Positions 21,990 to 31,699 of a stretch of DNA of 64,000 nucleotides are shown here, in pieces. Every line of letters begins with the position of its first letter. The first letter of the stretch is position 1. Below the pieces are notes generated by a model. That model did no database searches. It saw only the letters and a list, made by a program, of their open reading frames with translations, and was not told the DNA's origin. The stretch is from an uncultured Verrucomicrobiales bacterium (GTDB taxonomy: Bacteria; Verrucomicrobiota; Verrucomicrobiia; Verrucomicrobiales; DEV007). The position numbers and the translations under genes were made by a program. The stretch lies in the NCBI GenBank assembly GCA_938091905.1, contig CALKOM010000115.1, positions 1 to 64,000 of the forward strand, read 5' to 3'.

Positions 21990-22282
21990 GAGACAGGGAG
22001 TGTAGGCGTCAGTTGACACTACACGTCAATTCAAGTGTGGCACCCATCTACTGCTCTCCCAATAAGGATGAAATGCAATGGGCTCGCGATCACAGACCTC
22101 ATTGCTTCGCCTTGAGGCGGCTCGCTACCCTCACAGATTCTACGAAATGAACAGCTTGCAAATTAGAAGCAAAATGGCTTCATTTCGTGAGGCAGGACTC
22201 AAAGATCAGGTGGTCAAGTTTGAGCTGGTCGTGCAGGGTAGCTGTCAAAGCGTGGTTTAATTGTTAGAAAGCGAGCGGTCCT

Positions 22283-22888
22283 GTGAAAAGAATTTTGAGA
22301 AGAGGTAGACAAGCAGTGCGCTCAATGAAGCACAAATACTTTGATCGGTCTGTCTTCATTCACATCAATAAAACTGGAGGAAGCAGCGTCGAGAAAGCAT
22401 TAAGGATTCCGTTTGAGCATAAGACAGCCCTGGAAAAGATTGAGGAGCTCGGGCGAGCTAGCTGGGATAAAAAGCTTACCTTTACAGTTGTGAGAAATCC
22501 CTGGGATAAGGTGGTGTCGCACTACCATTATCGCAGAAAGACGAACAAGACTGATCTACGGGATAAACCGGTTGAGTTCAGTGAGTGGGTAAAACGGGCA
22601 TACGGACAACAGGATGCTTTCTACTACGACCTCCCTAAAATGTTTATGCCGCAGATGGATTGGATCACGGATGAAAGCGGAAAGATTCTCGTAGATGAAA
22701 TCATCCATTTCGAAAACCTCGCCGCTGAATTTGATAGTGTGAGACGAAAGCTTGGGAAAAACGTCACCTTGCCACACGTGAAAAAATCAAACCGTGGAGA
22801 TTACCAAGAGTATTACGACCAAGAGACCAAAGAGATCGTACGAAACTGGTTTGAACCTGATATTACAAGATTTGGTTATCAGTTTTAA
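22283..22888 (+). CDS. Sulfotransferase (Sulfotransfer_2-type)
   Basis: FIHINKTGGSS (5'-PSB), VRNPWDKVVS (3'-PB), D...FGYQF end; visibly AT-richer than neighbours. Confidence 0.88.
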   Translation: MKRILRRGRQAVRSMKHKYFDRSVFIHINKTGGSSVEKALRIPFEHKTALEKIEELGRASWDKKLTFTVVRNPWDKVVSHYHYRRKTNKTDLRDKPVEFSEWVKRAYGQQDAFYYDLPKMFMPQMDWITDESGKILVDEIIHFENLAAEFDSVRRKLGKNVTLPHVKKSNRGDYQEYYDQETKEIVRNWFEPDITRFGYQF

Positions 22889-22914
22889 AGAGAACTTGAG
22901 GAGGACTGCGAATT

Positions 22915-24297
22915 TCACGTTCGCGCATCGCGGAAGGTGGCGAGAACTTCCGGAGAGTTCCGCCAGTTCCTAAAGAAACGCGCTCGATCCCGTGCCGCTT
23001 GGCGTTCGTAGCCGACCTTTGTTCGATGAAAACGGAAACTGTCTAAATCAATCAATGTGAGTGAATTGTTCTCAGTAGTGATGAAATTGCTTGCTTTCAT
23101 GTCGCCGTGGGTGGCTTGTAAGAGCTGAAGCTCTTCACAAAGAGAGGCGTATGCGTTGGCAAATCTTTCCGGGTGTGGAATATGGCGAAGAGACACTCCG
23201 ACCATTTCTTCCATGAGCAAATACGCCTCTTTTAGCAGTGGGCCTTCATAAATGCAGTAGCAAGCCATCGGCCGAGGTGTGGCCACTCCGAATGATATTA
23301 GAGCATGACCGTTGCTCCAGCTACTTAGCGCACGTGGTTGAGAGAATGTGTGGCTCAGCCGATAGCTGAGCCTCTTAGCATTGTAGCGTTTCAGGATGAA
23401 TGAGTCCTCACCATGATTCAGCTTAACCACGGTGCAGGTGTTTCCATCCTTAAGAAGGGGCTGGCCATCAAAGAACTTGTTGGGGTTCTCGCGAAGCTCT
23501 TTTGCCAGAGTCGACGAGAGATCCCGACAGGCCAGCCAGCGACGCCCTCCGATTTCTTCGTGTACGAATTGGGTGCAAGTGCGTCGTGTCTTCTTGAGGT
23601 AATGACGCAAACGCGTATTCGCTGCCTTCCTGGTCGCCATTGCTAGCGAATCTCTGAAAGAAGGGTTATCGCTGACCGATGGGCTGGCTTCGAAGTAGCC
23701 CGATAACGATTGGTCTATCAGAGTGCGACTTCTTAGCGGGATGGTAGCGCACAAGATAGCAAGATTCTGAATGCGCTTGTCTTTACCCAGTGGTTCGCTG
23801 GCGGATTGATAGCTACCAGAATCTAACATGATTATATCTTCGTGGGTGGTCAGGTAGTTTCCTAGGTGATTGTCGGTTTGATAGAATCCGGCATCATGTT
23901 GGGCCGCTACAAGTTGAAAGAGCTTGCGCAACGTGTCAGCCTCAACGTGATGGTGGAGCGTTTCTCCATTGGGCAGGAAAGCGAAGACCACACCCAAACG
24001 ACCATCGGGATGGCGAGCTTTGAAGAGGGGCTTGGCTACCTTTAGGCCTGACTGGGCAAGCTTCGTTGCCATGGTCCACTCTCGTTCAGCATCGCGTATT
24101 TGTTTGGGGTGCACATCATAGGCTTTGAGAAGCACAGTCGTAGTTGCCCCCACGGCCTTCCACACGGAGCGCCTTCCTGGCAAAAACCGTAAGCGCTCTT
24201 CCAACGCAAGAGAGACCGTGCTTTTCGGCTCAAACGCGTCGTCATAGACTTCGTCGATCACCCACGTCGAGTCTTGAGGATCCGTAGTTGCTGCCAC
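22915..24297 (-). CDS. Two-domain lipopolysaccharide kinase (Kdo/WaaP/InaA family)
   Basis: Q.DNHLGNYL..LD (domain 1); LKDGNTCTV, LKRYN, HGDMKASNF, LIDLDS (domain 2). Confidence 0.88.
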   Translation of the reverse strand: MAATTDPQDSTWVIDEVYDDAFEPKSTVSLALEERLRFLPGRRSVWKAVGATTTVLLKAYDVHPKQIRDAEREWTMATKLAQSGLKVAKPLFKARHPDGRLGVVFAFLPNGETLHHHVEADTLRKLFQLVAAQHDAGFYQTDNHLGNYLTTHEDIIMLDSGSYQSASEPLGKDKRIQNLAILCATIPLRSRTLIDQSLSGYFEASPSVSDNPSFRDSLAMATRKAANTRLRHYLKKTRRTCTQFVHEEIGGRRWLACRDLSSTLAKELRENPNKFFDGQPLLKDGNTCTVVKLNHGEDSFILKRYNAKRLSYRLSHTFSQPRALSSWSNGHALISFGVATPRPMACYCIYEGPLLKEAYLLMEEMVGVSLRHIPHPERFANAYASLCEELQLLQATHGDMKASNFITTENNSLTLIDLDSFRFHRTKVGYERQAARDRARFFRNWRNSPEVLATFRDART

Positions 24298-24454
24298 TTA
24301 ATTAGCCTGAGGAGTTGCTCGTGCTTGTCAACTGGCGGGTCCAGAATCGGCGCTTCAGACGAAGGGAGAGATGGGTCTGAATGCGGTCGGAACAAATTGT
24401 AGAAGGTTTGTCAGTTTATCGGCTATTCGGGGAGTGTCTCCTGTGAATGCAGGA

Positions 24455-25400
24455 ATGGTTGGACCGTAGAAGTGACGCGGAGCTGCTTGGTGCTCTGCCG
24501 AGAGCGGTAAAGAGCCGGCCTTCTGGCAATTGGCCGAAAGGTATTCAGGGATGGTCTACCTCACGGCGAAGTGGCGGGTTTGCAGCGATGAGGCAGCCAA
24601 GGACATAACGCAAACGACCTTTGCTATCCTAGCGCGCAAGGCGACAAGCTTGATGTCACACAGTGCATTGGGTACTTGGTTGCACCGAAACACGGTCTTT
24701 GAGGCGAGAAAGTACCTTCATGCAGAGTGTCGTCATCTCCGAAAGATGAAAACGCTTACCGACCACCAACAAGAGATCTCTAGCGAGCAACCGTGGTGCC
24801 GGGTGGGGCCCATTGATGAGGAATGGAATGATGAACGTTTGCTGGCCGCTCCACTGCGCTATTTCGTCGGGCTGAACACTGGGCCAAACCAAATGGAGAT
24901 TGGTGAAATGATCGAAGATCAGGATCCCAAGGTCTATGGAGAAGGGCCGAAGCCCGATGTATATCTCTTTACGGAATGGATTCTCAATGAATCGGTACGG
25001 GGTCATAAGGTGACGAGCATCCGTTCAAAAGACGAGACGATGCAGGCCGCCATGGTTAAAGCGCAATCGATGCTTCCCGGAGTCATTGAGCGGTTGGTGG
25101 CGGGAGAATTGGAGCATTTCTCTGTGAAAGTGCGAGTAGAAGATGGCGAGGACGTGGAGTATTGCTGGTTGTCGGAAACACAGTACGCAGATGGAATCTT
25201 CTCAGGCATACTTGATGCCGAAGCTCAGACGGTTGGGAGTGTCGAGGTTGGCCTGGCCCATCAGGTGGCTGCAGATGACGTGAGCGATTGGATTTACACG
25301 TCGGCTGGTCTCATGCATGGCAATTTCACCTTAAGAGCCATGCTACCTCAGATGATACCGCCAGAGCGGGCGAAGTATTCGAAGCTGCTCGCGGACGATG
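24455..25400 (+). pseudogene. ECF sigma factor region-2 remnant joined to a DUF2314 (YegJ-like) segment
   Basis: SDAELL/AF.QLAERYSGMVY, DITQ.TF.ILARKA, WLHR (frameshifted start, no region 4); then D..M.AA..KA, FSVKV, VSDW.Y...G..HGNFTLR. Confidence 0.65.
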
Positions 25401-25459
25401 CGTGGGTTCTGCGCTTGATTCCACTCGTTGCGGGCGCTTTGCTCGAGCTACGCGTCGCC

Positions 25460-26263
25460 ATGGAGATCGATTCTGAAATCACCTCGTCACCCCAACAACG
25501 ACTTCACATCGTGGGTTGCCCGCGCAGCGGAACGACGCTCATGGCAGAACTCATGGCCGTGTGTTTTCGGAATGACGGCTTCTGTGAACACGAGATGAGC
25601 ATCTTCAGGCCTGCGCCGGCAGATGCTCAACTCTACTTCAGCAAGAAGCCGACGGACATCCGTTACGTCAAGAAGCTGCTTTTAGGGGATCCTAACCTCA
25701 TTGTTATTGGTCTTTACCGTGATCCCAGAGCGGTTATTTCTAGCATTCATAAATCCAAGCAGGGCATGTACTTCTGCAACTACTTGGAATGGAAGAGTTG
25801 CCAGGTCGCCGCAGAAGCTCTCCAGGAACACGATCGCTTTCTTCTAGTCTCGTATGAGGAGCTGACGGCGACGCCCGATGAGGTCCAGGCGCGGATCGTA
25901 GAGCGATACCCATTGCTTGAGCAGACGCATGACTTCACTGGGTATGAGAAGATTGCCAATCCCTCGGAGAAGTCTAAGAATGCCCTTGGTGGTGTGCGGC
26001 CCATCGATACCAAGAGACAGCAAGGGTGGCGTGAACACCTGCCGCGTGTGAAGGCGGAAATTGAGAAAAACCCCGAGTTCACTCAGGACCTCATCACCTG
26101 GGGGTACGAGAAAGATGATGGATGGTTGCAAGTGTTAGAGGGTGTCGAGAGTAAAGAGTTTCCCTGTCGCTCAGCTGGTGGTGGTTTCTCCTTGAAGAAG
26201 GTTGAGACCAAGATTCGCAAGCACTTTCAAACGCGGGTTTACCTTCGACGCGTTCGTGCCTAA
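25460..26263 (+). CDS. Sulfotransferase-family P-loop protein (3' part of ORF 24530-26263)
   Basis: HIVGCPRSGTTLM, RDPRAVISS, VSYEEL...P; plausible own ATG at 25460. Confidence 0.8.
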   Translation: MEIDSEITSSPQQRLHIVGCPRSGTTLMAELMAVCFRNDGFCEHEMSIFRPAPADAQLYFSKKPTDIRYVKKLLLGDPNLIVIGLYRDPRAVISSIHKSKQGMYFCNYLEWKSCQVAAEALQEHDRFLLVSYEELTATPDEVQARIVERYPLLEQTHDFTGYEKIANPSEKSKNALGGVRPIDTKRQQGWREHLPRVKAEIEKNPEFTQDLITWGYEKDDGWLQVLEGVESKEFPCRSAGGGFSLKKVETKIRKHFQTRVYLRRVRA

Positions 26264-26299
26264 CCGGTGGGCGACCACGTTCCTATTTTAGAAGAACCT

Positions 26300-26928
26300 G
26301 TCGAAAGTTCTCACCAGTTTTTTTATCATCTTCGGTGGCATCGCCTCGGTCATTGATATACCTACTTTGGATTTCTGTCAGTCAGCTAAACGTCTCGAGT
26401 CCAATCGAGTCTTTGTGAAAGATTTTAAGCAGTCGTAATATCACGCCGGTCTCCCCGGCGTTTCCAAAGACATTGAGGGCACGCGTCAGCATCTGACTGA
26501 GATCATCGATCGCTATGCGCCGGGGGAAACGGTCATGGTGGGCAACTCGATGGGAGGCTTTGCCGCGATTCTTTTTTGCCTCGCTCATTGGCGATTCCAG
26601 AGCCGTGGCCTTTGCGCCGCAGACGTTCATTGAACGCCGTCTTCGCAAGCAGCATGGTGACCGACGATCGAAACGACAGCTCTTCCGGAGGTCCTTGAGA
26701 ACCCTCTTCTCGGATCGTTTCTTCGACCTTGCTGAGCTTCCTGAGAGTGGCCATTGGCGGGCCAATAACCTTTATGCATCGACGCATCGGTTGGACGCCA
26801 TTCATGCCGTGCATTTAGGAAGTCGAGAAACTATCGCGCTCCACGCTCATGCAGAAGGCGGCCACAGGCTGGCCAAGCACCTTCGCGATACCGGTCAGTT
26901 GCCCAAGATTCTCCTCGGCGAATCCTAA
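26300..26928 (+). pseudogene. Alpha/beta-hydrolase-like protein, disrupted
   Basis: IIFGGIA...KDFKQS*YHAGLPG...VGNSMGGFAAIL, frameshift in a T-run, then AFAPQTFI...GGH.LAKHLRD.G.L. Confidence 0.65.
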
Positions 26929-26987
26929 AGCAACCAATGTCGATGTTCGGCAGATGTAGCTTGGCACAAACCGCACTTGGAGATCTG

Positions 26988-27845
26988 TTAGACTCCGCGA
27001 CGTCGCCAGAGTATGAACGGGACGCATACCAAGTACATGGTGATGCTGTAGACCACGGCCGGTACGGTCGCGGGCGGTAGGGTCTGACCTTCTACGCCGA
27101 TCACGATGCTGCCTACGGCAATGGCTAGGGTACCATTCTGCACGCCGGACTCGATCGAGATGGTGGTCGCATCTGCACGTTCGAGACCGATCAGCTTTGC
27201 ACTAGCAAGACCCGCCGTGAGCAGGAGTAGATTGAGGAGCACAGCGGCGGGCCCTAGCATTCCAAGGTTACTGGAGAAAACTTCCCAATTCTTAGCGAGG
27301 GCGGCTGCGATGATGAGTAGGAAGAGCACGAGGGCGACGCGTGAAACCCCTGGAGCAATCGTCTCGACGAATGCTGCACTCTTGGCAGTGAGGAGCATCC
27401 CAATCGCTACTGGAACGGCGGTGATGAGAAACATCGTGACACCCAACTTGGTAACGTTGACCTGGGGACCACTTTCGCCCATGAAGTGCTTGACGCTGAG
27501 TGCCACGAGGATGGGAACGGTGATAATGGAGAGTAGGCTTGTGACAGCCGTCAGGGAAATTGAGAGAGGTGCATTGCCGCCCGCAAGCTTGGCGAGAACA
27601 TTGCTCGTCACCCCTCCTGGACAGAATGCTAGGATCATGAGCCCCACTGCGAATATTGGGGGCAGTGAGAAAGCGTAGGCTAGTGCGAACGCTACCAGGG
27701 GAAGCAGAATCACTTGGTTTGATAAGCCGAGACCAAACGCGGCGGGGTACTTGAGCACTCTCTCGAAGTCGGCCTTCCGCAGACCGAGTCCGAGCGAGAA
27801 CATGATGAAGGCAAGAATGAGTGGGAGAGCGAGGTTGACGATCAC
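26988..27845 (-). CDS. Bile acid:sodium symporter (BASS) family transporter
   Basis: IMFSLGLGL, Q..LLP, CPGGVTSN, SISLT, IESGVQNGTLA. Confidence 0.93.
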   Translation of the reverse strand: MIVNLALPLILAFIMFSLGLGLRKADFERVLKYPAAFGLGLSNQVILLPLVAFALAYAFSLPPIFAVGLMILAFCPGGVTSNVLAKLAGGNAPLSISLTAVTSLLSIITVPILVALSVKHFMGESGPQVNVTKLGVTMFLITAVPVAIGMLLTAKSAAFVETIAPGVSRVALVLFLLIIAAALAKNWEVFSSNLGMLGPAAVLLNLLLLTAGLASAKLIGLERADATTISIESGVQNGTLAIAVGSIVIGVEGQTLPPATVPAVVYSITMYLVCVPFILWRRRGV

Positions 27846-27978
27846 GGTTTCAAATAGCTGACAAGAGATTTCCGGAATGGTCTCTACCTGAAACCTACCC
27901 GGGTGTCCACTTCAGCCATCAGCAGGGTTACCCATCGCCACCTAGGTGAACTTCAATTCCGTCTGGAGCTGAAACTAA

Positions 27979-28113
27979 GGGGTTACGAGAAGGATGATAG
28001 CTGGATGAATGTGCTAGAGAATGTGGAGAGCAAGGAATTTCCGGGGGCACCGCCGGTGGTGGCTTTTTCCTCAAGAAGCTTGAGACCACGATTAGCAAGC
28101 ATTTCCAGATTCG
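27979..28113 (+). repeat. Degenerate copy of the 3' end of the sulfotransferase gene (~26100-26235)
   Basis: GYEKDDSWMNVLENVESKEFP/(fs)AGGGFFLKKLETTISKHFQ vs GYEKDDGWLQVLEGVESKEFPCRSAGGGFSLKKVETKIRKHFQ. Confidence 0.85.
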
Positions 28114-28199
28114 TGCTGGCTTCAGGCGGGCTTGAGATTAATACATGGTCTTGCGCATCAGTGAATCGCGTGCGGGCGCCTTTATACTGAAGACTGGCA

Positions 28200-29210
28200 T
28201 TAATCGAATTTATGCGTAGCATCCCGCCAATCGAGATCACATGACGTATCACGGACATCCCGAAGGAGGTGACGTGAAGGTGGAGGTTGTGGGCCCCAGG
28301 TCGGTGGACGTGAAGCTGGGAGAGTATTCGTCGGGCACCGTGCCAAAGAAGTTTTCCAATCCGTTGAGAACACCATCGCTATCAGGATCGTCATTCATCC
28401 GGTTCAGACTGACGACCGTAGGAAATTCCGCAATCCAACCGATGAATGGATCAGAGCAGATCGTCTGCGGCTCCGTCTTCATTGAATAGACAGTTGATGT
28501 CGGTGGCTGCAATGGCCTCGTCATAGACATTCAGTTTAGCGATAGAGAGAGGCTCGAGTGCCTGTGCCCACGGTGGTTCCGTTGGAACCGCGCTGCGCTC
28601 CGAGCAGCATCCGCAGCTCGCTGACAGTGTTGATGGTTGCCTCCGACTCATTGGAAAGTTTGCCATTGGTGTAGAGCTTCGCCTGTGTTCCATCCTGGGT
28701 GTATGCTATGAACGTTCAATCTCCGGACCGGACTCTATTCCGCTGCCCTAACCCGCAGCAGCTCCCCAGAAATTGAGAGCTCCCCAAGTGGTCCCTGTGC
28801 CGTGAGTGAAGGGCATGTTCCTGTTGGGCGAACCCTGGCGTCCCCAGGAAATGACGGTTTTATCGCTGGCGAAAGAAGGATTGTAGAACCACGCCGTGAG
28901 CGTTCGATTTGATGAACCCTGCAAGCCCGAAACCGTCGTTGGACCTTCGAAATAGTCATCCCCGTCGAATGTCACCGCCTGCATGCCGTTGATCGTTGTC
29001 ACCTCTGGGTCTCCAGAGGCCGTGAACTCTTTATTAGCGAGACTTCCCGTGTGTGTCCATGTGCGATGCGATCGATCCCAAAGTTAGATCACTTGCATCC
29101 AAGGCGACTAGCGGCCCCGGCGGTTGTTGGCTTGCGAAGTCGGCAACGGACAGAGGAATGAGCAACCCAAACAAGAGAATAATTGGGTAATTCTGCAGCA
29201 TTCCTTTCAT
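28200..29210 (-). pseudogene. Secreted LamG/concanavalin-like protein with acidic repeat, fragmented
   Basis: ATG 29210 with signal peptide, LVALDASDL, AVTFDG.D, RTLTAW.YNP, LSIAKLNVYDEA, DPDSDGVLNGLENFFGT; several frameshifts. Confidence 0.65.
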
Positions 29211-29350
29211 TAGAGACCACGCGACTTGGCCTTAAGATTTGACCCAGAATAAGATTATTCTCAGAAGCCGTTCGTGATCTCGTTGGGATTAAGTTTCAGT
29301 AGCTGTTTCTCTTCAGCTTCCTTTCAGTCTTTCCGAAATACCGCGCTGGC

Positions 29351-29391
29351 CTTGAGCAATCCGGTAGGATGCATCCTGCCGGATGCTTGGG
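29351..29391. repeat. Long intergenic palindrome (REP-like hairpin)
   Basis: ATCCGGTAGGAT-GC-ATCCTGCCGGAT core (29359-29384) with extendable arms. Confidence 0.6.
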
Positions 29392-29577
29392 CGAGTGGTG
29401 AAGGAGACTAGCAATGACGTGTGCGAGCTTTCGAATTCCCAACCTGCGGGGGTGTGACCGTTGTAGCTTCGATGAGGGGAAGCTGCTCGCTAAATCTTAG
29501 TGGATGTCAATGAGAAGCCTCCCCTTCCTTTTGGTCTCTTGTTCTGGCTATCTCGCTTATCCTGCGCACCATAAGAG

Positions 29578-31158
29578 ATGATTCGGGGATGCCAGTTGAT
29601 TGGAGATCGAGATTCTCAGCAGGGAACTGAGACTTTCCATACGTTGGCCCCCGCCAGCGGTGAACGTCTGCCGGGCTGCTTCCATGAGGCAACCGGTGAC
29701 GAGGTGAACACGGCGTTAGAACTTGCTGAGGCTCACGCTGATACCCTGCGGTTTCTTTCAATCTTGGAACGTGCCCGTTTGTTGGAGCTGATTGGTGACT
29801 CTGTGGAGCGTTCGCGACATCAGATCGAGGAACGATGCCTTCTTGAAACTGGGTACCCATCAGAGAGAGTTGGGATGGAGTTCGAGCGCATGATCCATCT
29901 TTGGAAGGTCTTTGCCAATGAAGTGCGCCTAGGACACAGCTTGGATGCTCGCATCGATCACAGTGATCCTGATCGGCAGCCTATGCCCAAGCCAGATTTG
30001 CGATCGATGCGAGTCGCCGTTGGGTCTGTCGTTGTCTTCGGGGCTAGCAATTTTCCACTCGCGCTTTCTGTTGGAGGCAGCGATGTCATTTCTGCTCTGG
30101 GGGCTGGGTGTCCTGTGGTGGTCAAGGGGCATCCTTCTCATCCCGGCACTTCCGAATTGTTAGGACGAGCCGTCCTTCGTGGGATTCAAGACGCTGGACT
30201 CCCATCTGGGATCTTCTCTTTGATCCAAGGTCGCGCTCATGAAGTGGGGCTCGCACTCGCGAAACATCCATTCACGCGTGCCGTCGGGTTTACTGGTTCG
30301 CTGCGGGGTGGTCGTGCCCTCATGGACGCTGCTTCGTCACGACCTGACCCGATCCCGGTTTATGCGGAGATGGGTAGTGTGAACCCACAGTTTGTTTTTC
30401 CTGAAATACTTACTGCCGATGCGGAAGGTTTCGCTAAGCAACTGTTTGCTTCGGTCACCATGGGTAACGGTCAGTTCTGTACCTGTCCAGGCGTGATCGT
30501 CGTCCCCGATGGCGCGGATTGCGACGCCTTTGTTAGGGCTTATCAGAAGATCATCAGCAACTCAGGGGCGATGCCTTTCCTCAACCCTGGGATCGCAGAA
30601 GCTTATGAGGCGGGCGTTGCTGACTGGCGAACGTCTTGCCAGGCCAAGCTTCACCGGAGTCCGCAACGCAGCGGTCCCGTGTTGGCGGAAGTCAGCTGGG
30701 AAATGTTTCTTGCTCATCGAAAGGCTTTGTTAGAAGAAGTGTTCGGTCCCTCTACTGTCCTCATCCGGTGTCCGAACCCTGACGCTTTCCTTGAGGCGGC
30801 CAAGATGTTCCCTGGTCAACTTGGTGCCTCCATTCACGGCACGAAAGATGAACTGACTAGCGTGGCTAAGCCGCTCCTAGCCGCCCTGCAGCGCTTCGCT
30901 GGCCGTATCGTCATCAATGGTTTCCCCACCGGGATTGAAACAGCCTACGCCATGCAGCATGGCGGGCCCTATCCTGCTACTAGCGATCCACTCCACACCT
31001 CTCTTGGGCTCGCCGCCCTGGCGCGTTGGGCTCGGCCGGTGTGCTTTCAAAACGTCCCAGAGGAATTGCTGCCAGATGCCTTGAAGGAGGCGAATCCGTT
31101 AGGCATCCGCCGTCTTGTTGAAGGCGAATGGAGTGAGGCTACTCGAAGCGAGTTATAG
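29578..31158 (+). CDS. Aldehyde dehydrogenase (NADP+), 2-ketoglutarate semialdehyde dehydrogenase-like
   Basis: VFGASNFPLA, KGHPSHPGTSE, GFTGS..GG, YAEMGSVNP, GQFCT.PG, EEVFGP, HGGPYPA. Confidence 0.93.
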   Translation: MIRGCQLIGDRDSQQGTETFHTLAPASGERLPGCFHEATGDEVNTALELAEAHADTLRFLSILERARLLELIGDSVERSRHQIEERCLLETGYPSERVGMEFERMIHLWKVFANEVRLGHSLDARIDHSDPDRQPMPKPDLRSMRVAVGSVVVFGASNFPLALSVGGSDVISALGAGCPVVVKGHPSHPGTSELLGRAVLRGIQDAGLPSGIFSLIQGRAHEVGLALAKHPFTRAVGFTGSLRGGRALMDAASSRPDPIPVYAEMGSVNPQFVFPEILTADAEGFAKQLFASVTMGNGQFCTCPGVIVVPDGADCDAFVRAYQKIISNSGAMPFLNPGIAEAYEAGVADWRTSCQAKLHRSPQRSGPVLAEVSWEMFLAHRKALLEEVFGPSTVLIRCPNPDAFLEAAKMFPGQLGASIHGTKDELTSVAKPLLAALQRFAGRIVINGFPTGIETAYAMQHGGPYPATSDPLHTSLGLAALARWARPVCFQNVPEELLPDALKEANPLGIRRLVEGEWSEATRSEL

Positions 31159-31250
31159 GGGTGTGTTAGATAAAGAATCCGGACGGATGCCCTAGCTGGC
31201 TGGCGTAAGGCAAGATTCTCGAAGCTTTTTCAACCATGTCGGAAGGGCGA

Positions 31251-31643
31251 CTAGGCACCCATAGAGCGATCTTTCCACGCGAAGAATAGGAAGAGCAGCA
31301 GCAAGGCGGTGCCGATGGCGCCCGCGATCATGCCAAAGATGCAGCGGCCCATGCCGTGCTTTGGATTGGCGGAGCCCTTGGATTTCTTTAGGTCTCGCAT
31401 CCCAAGGTATCCAGAGAGAAGCGCAAATGGGGCTGGTATGATCATGATAGAAAACAGGCCAAGGTAACCTGCGATGATGGCCATTCCAGAACGGCCTACG
31501 GGAAGTAATAGCTGCATTGTCAAGTCCTGACCCGTCTGCGGGGGATAGGTATACTGCGGCGTGCTGCTCGTCACTGGGGGCTGGTAAGGATCTGTTTCCT
31601 GAGGTCCTTGGGGAATTGGCGGTGGCGTCTGGTTGTCGCTCAT
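31251..31643 (-). CDS. DUF4190-like membrane protein with Pro-rich N-terminus
   Basis: MSDNQTPPP...PVGRSG.AIIAGYLGLFS...PAPFA...HGMGR.IFG; ATG at 31643 inside ORF 31251-31871. Confidence 0.8.
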   Translation of the reverse strand: MSDNQTPPPIPQGPQETDPYQPPVTSSTPQYTYPPQTGQDLTMQLLLPVGRSGMAIIAGYLGLFSIMIIPAPFALLSGYLGMRDLKKSKGSANPKHGMGRCIFGMIAGAIGTALLLLFLFFAWKDRSMGA

Positions 31644-31699
31644 TGAGCCCAGCTCTACGCGGAGATGTTTGCCCTGTCGACGTCTTTGTAAGGGTTTGC

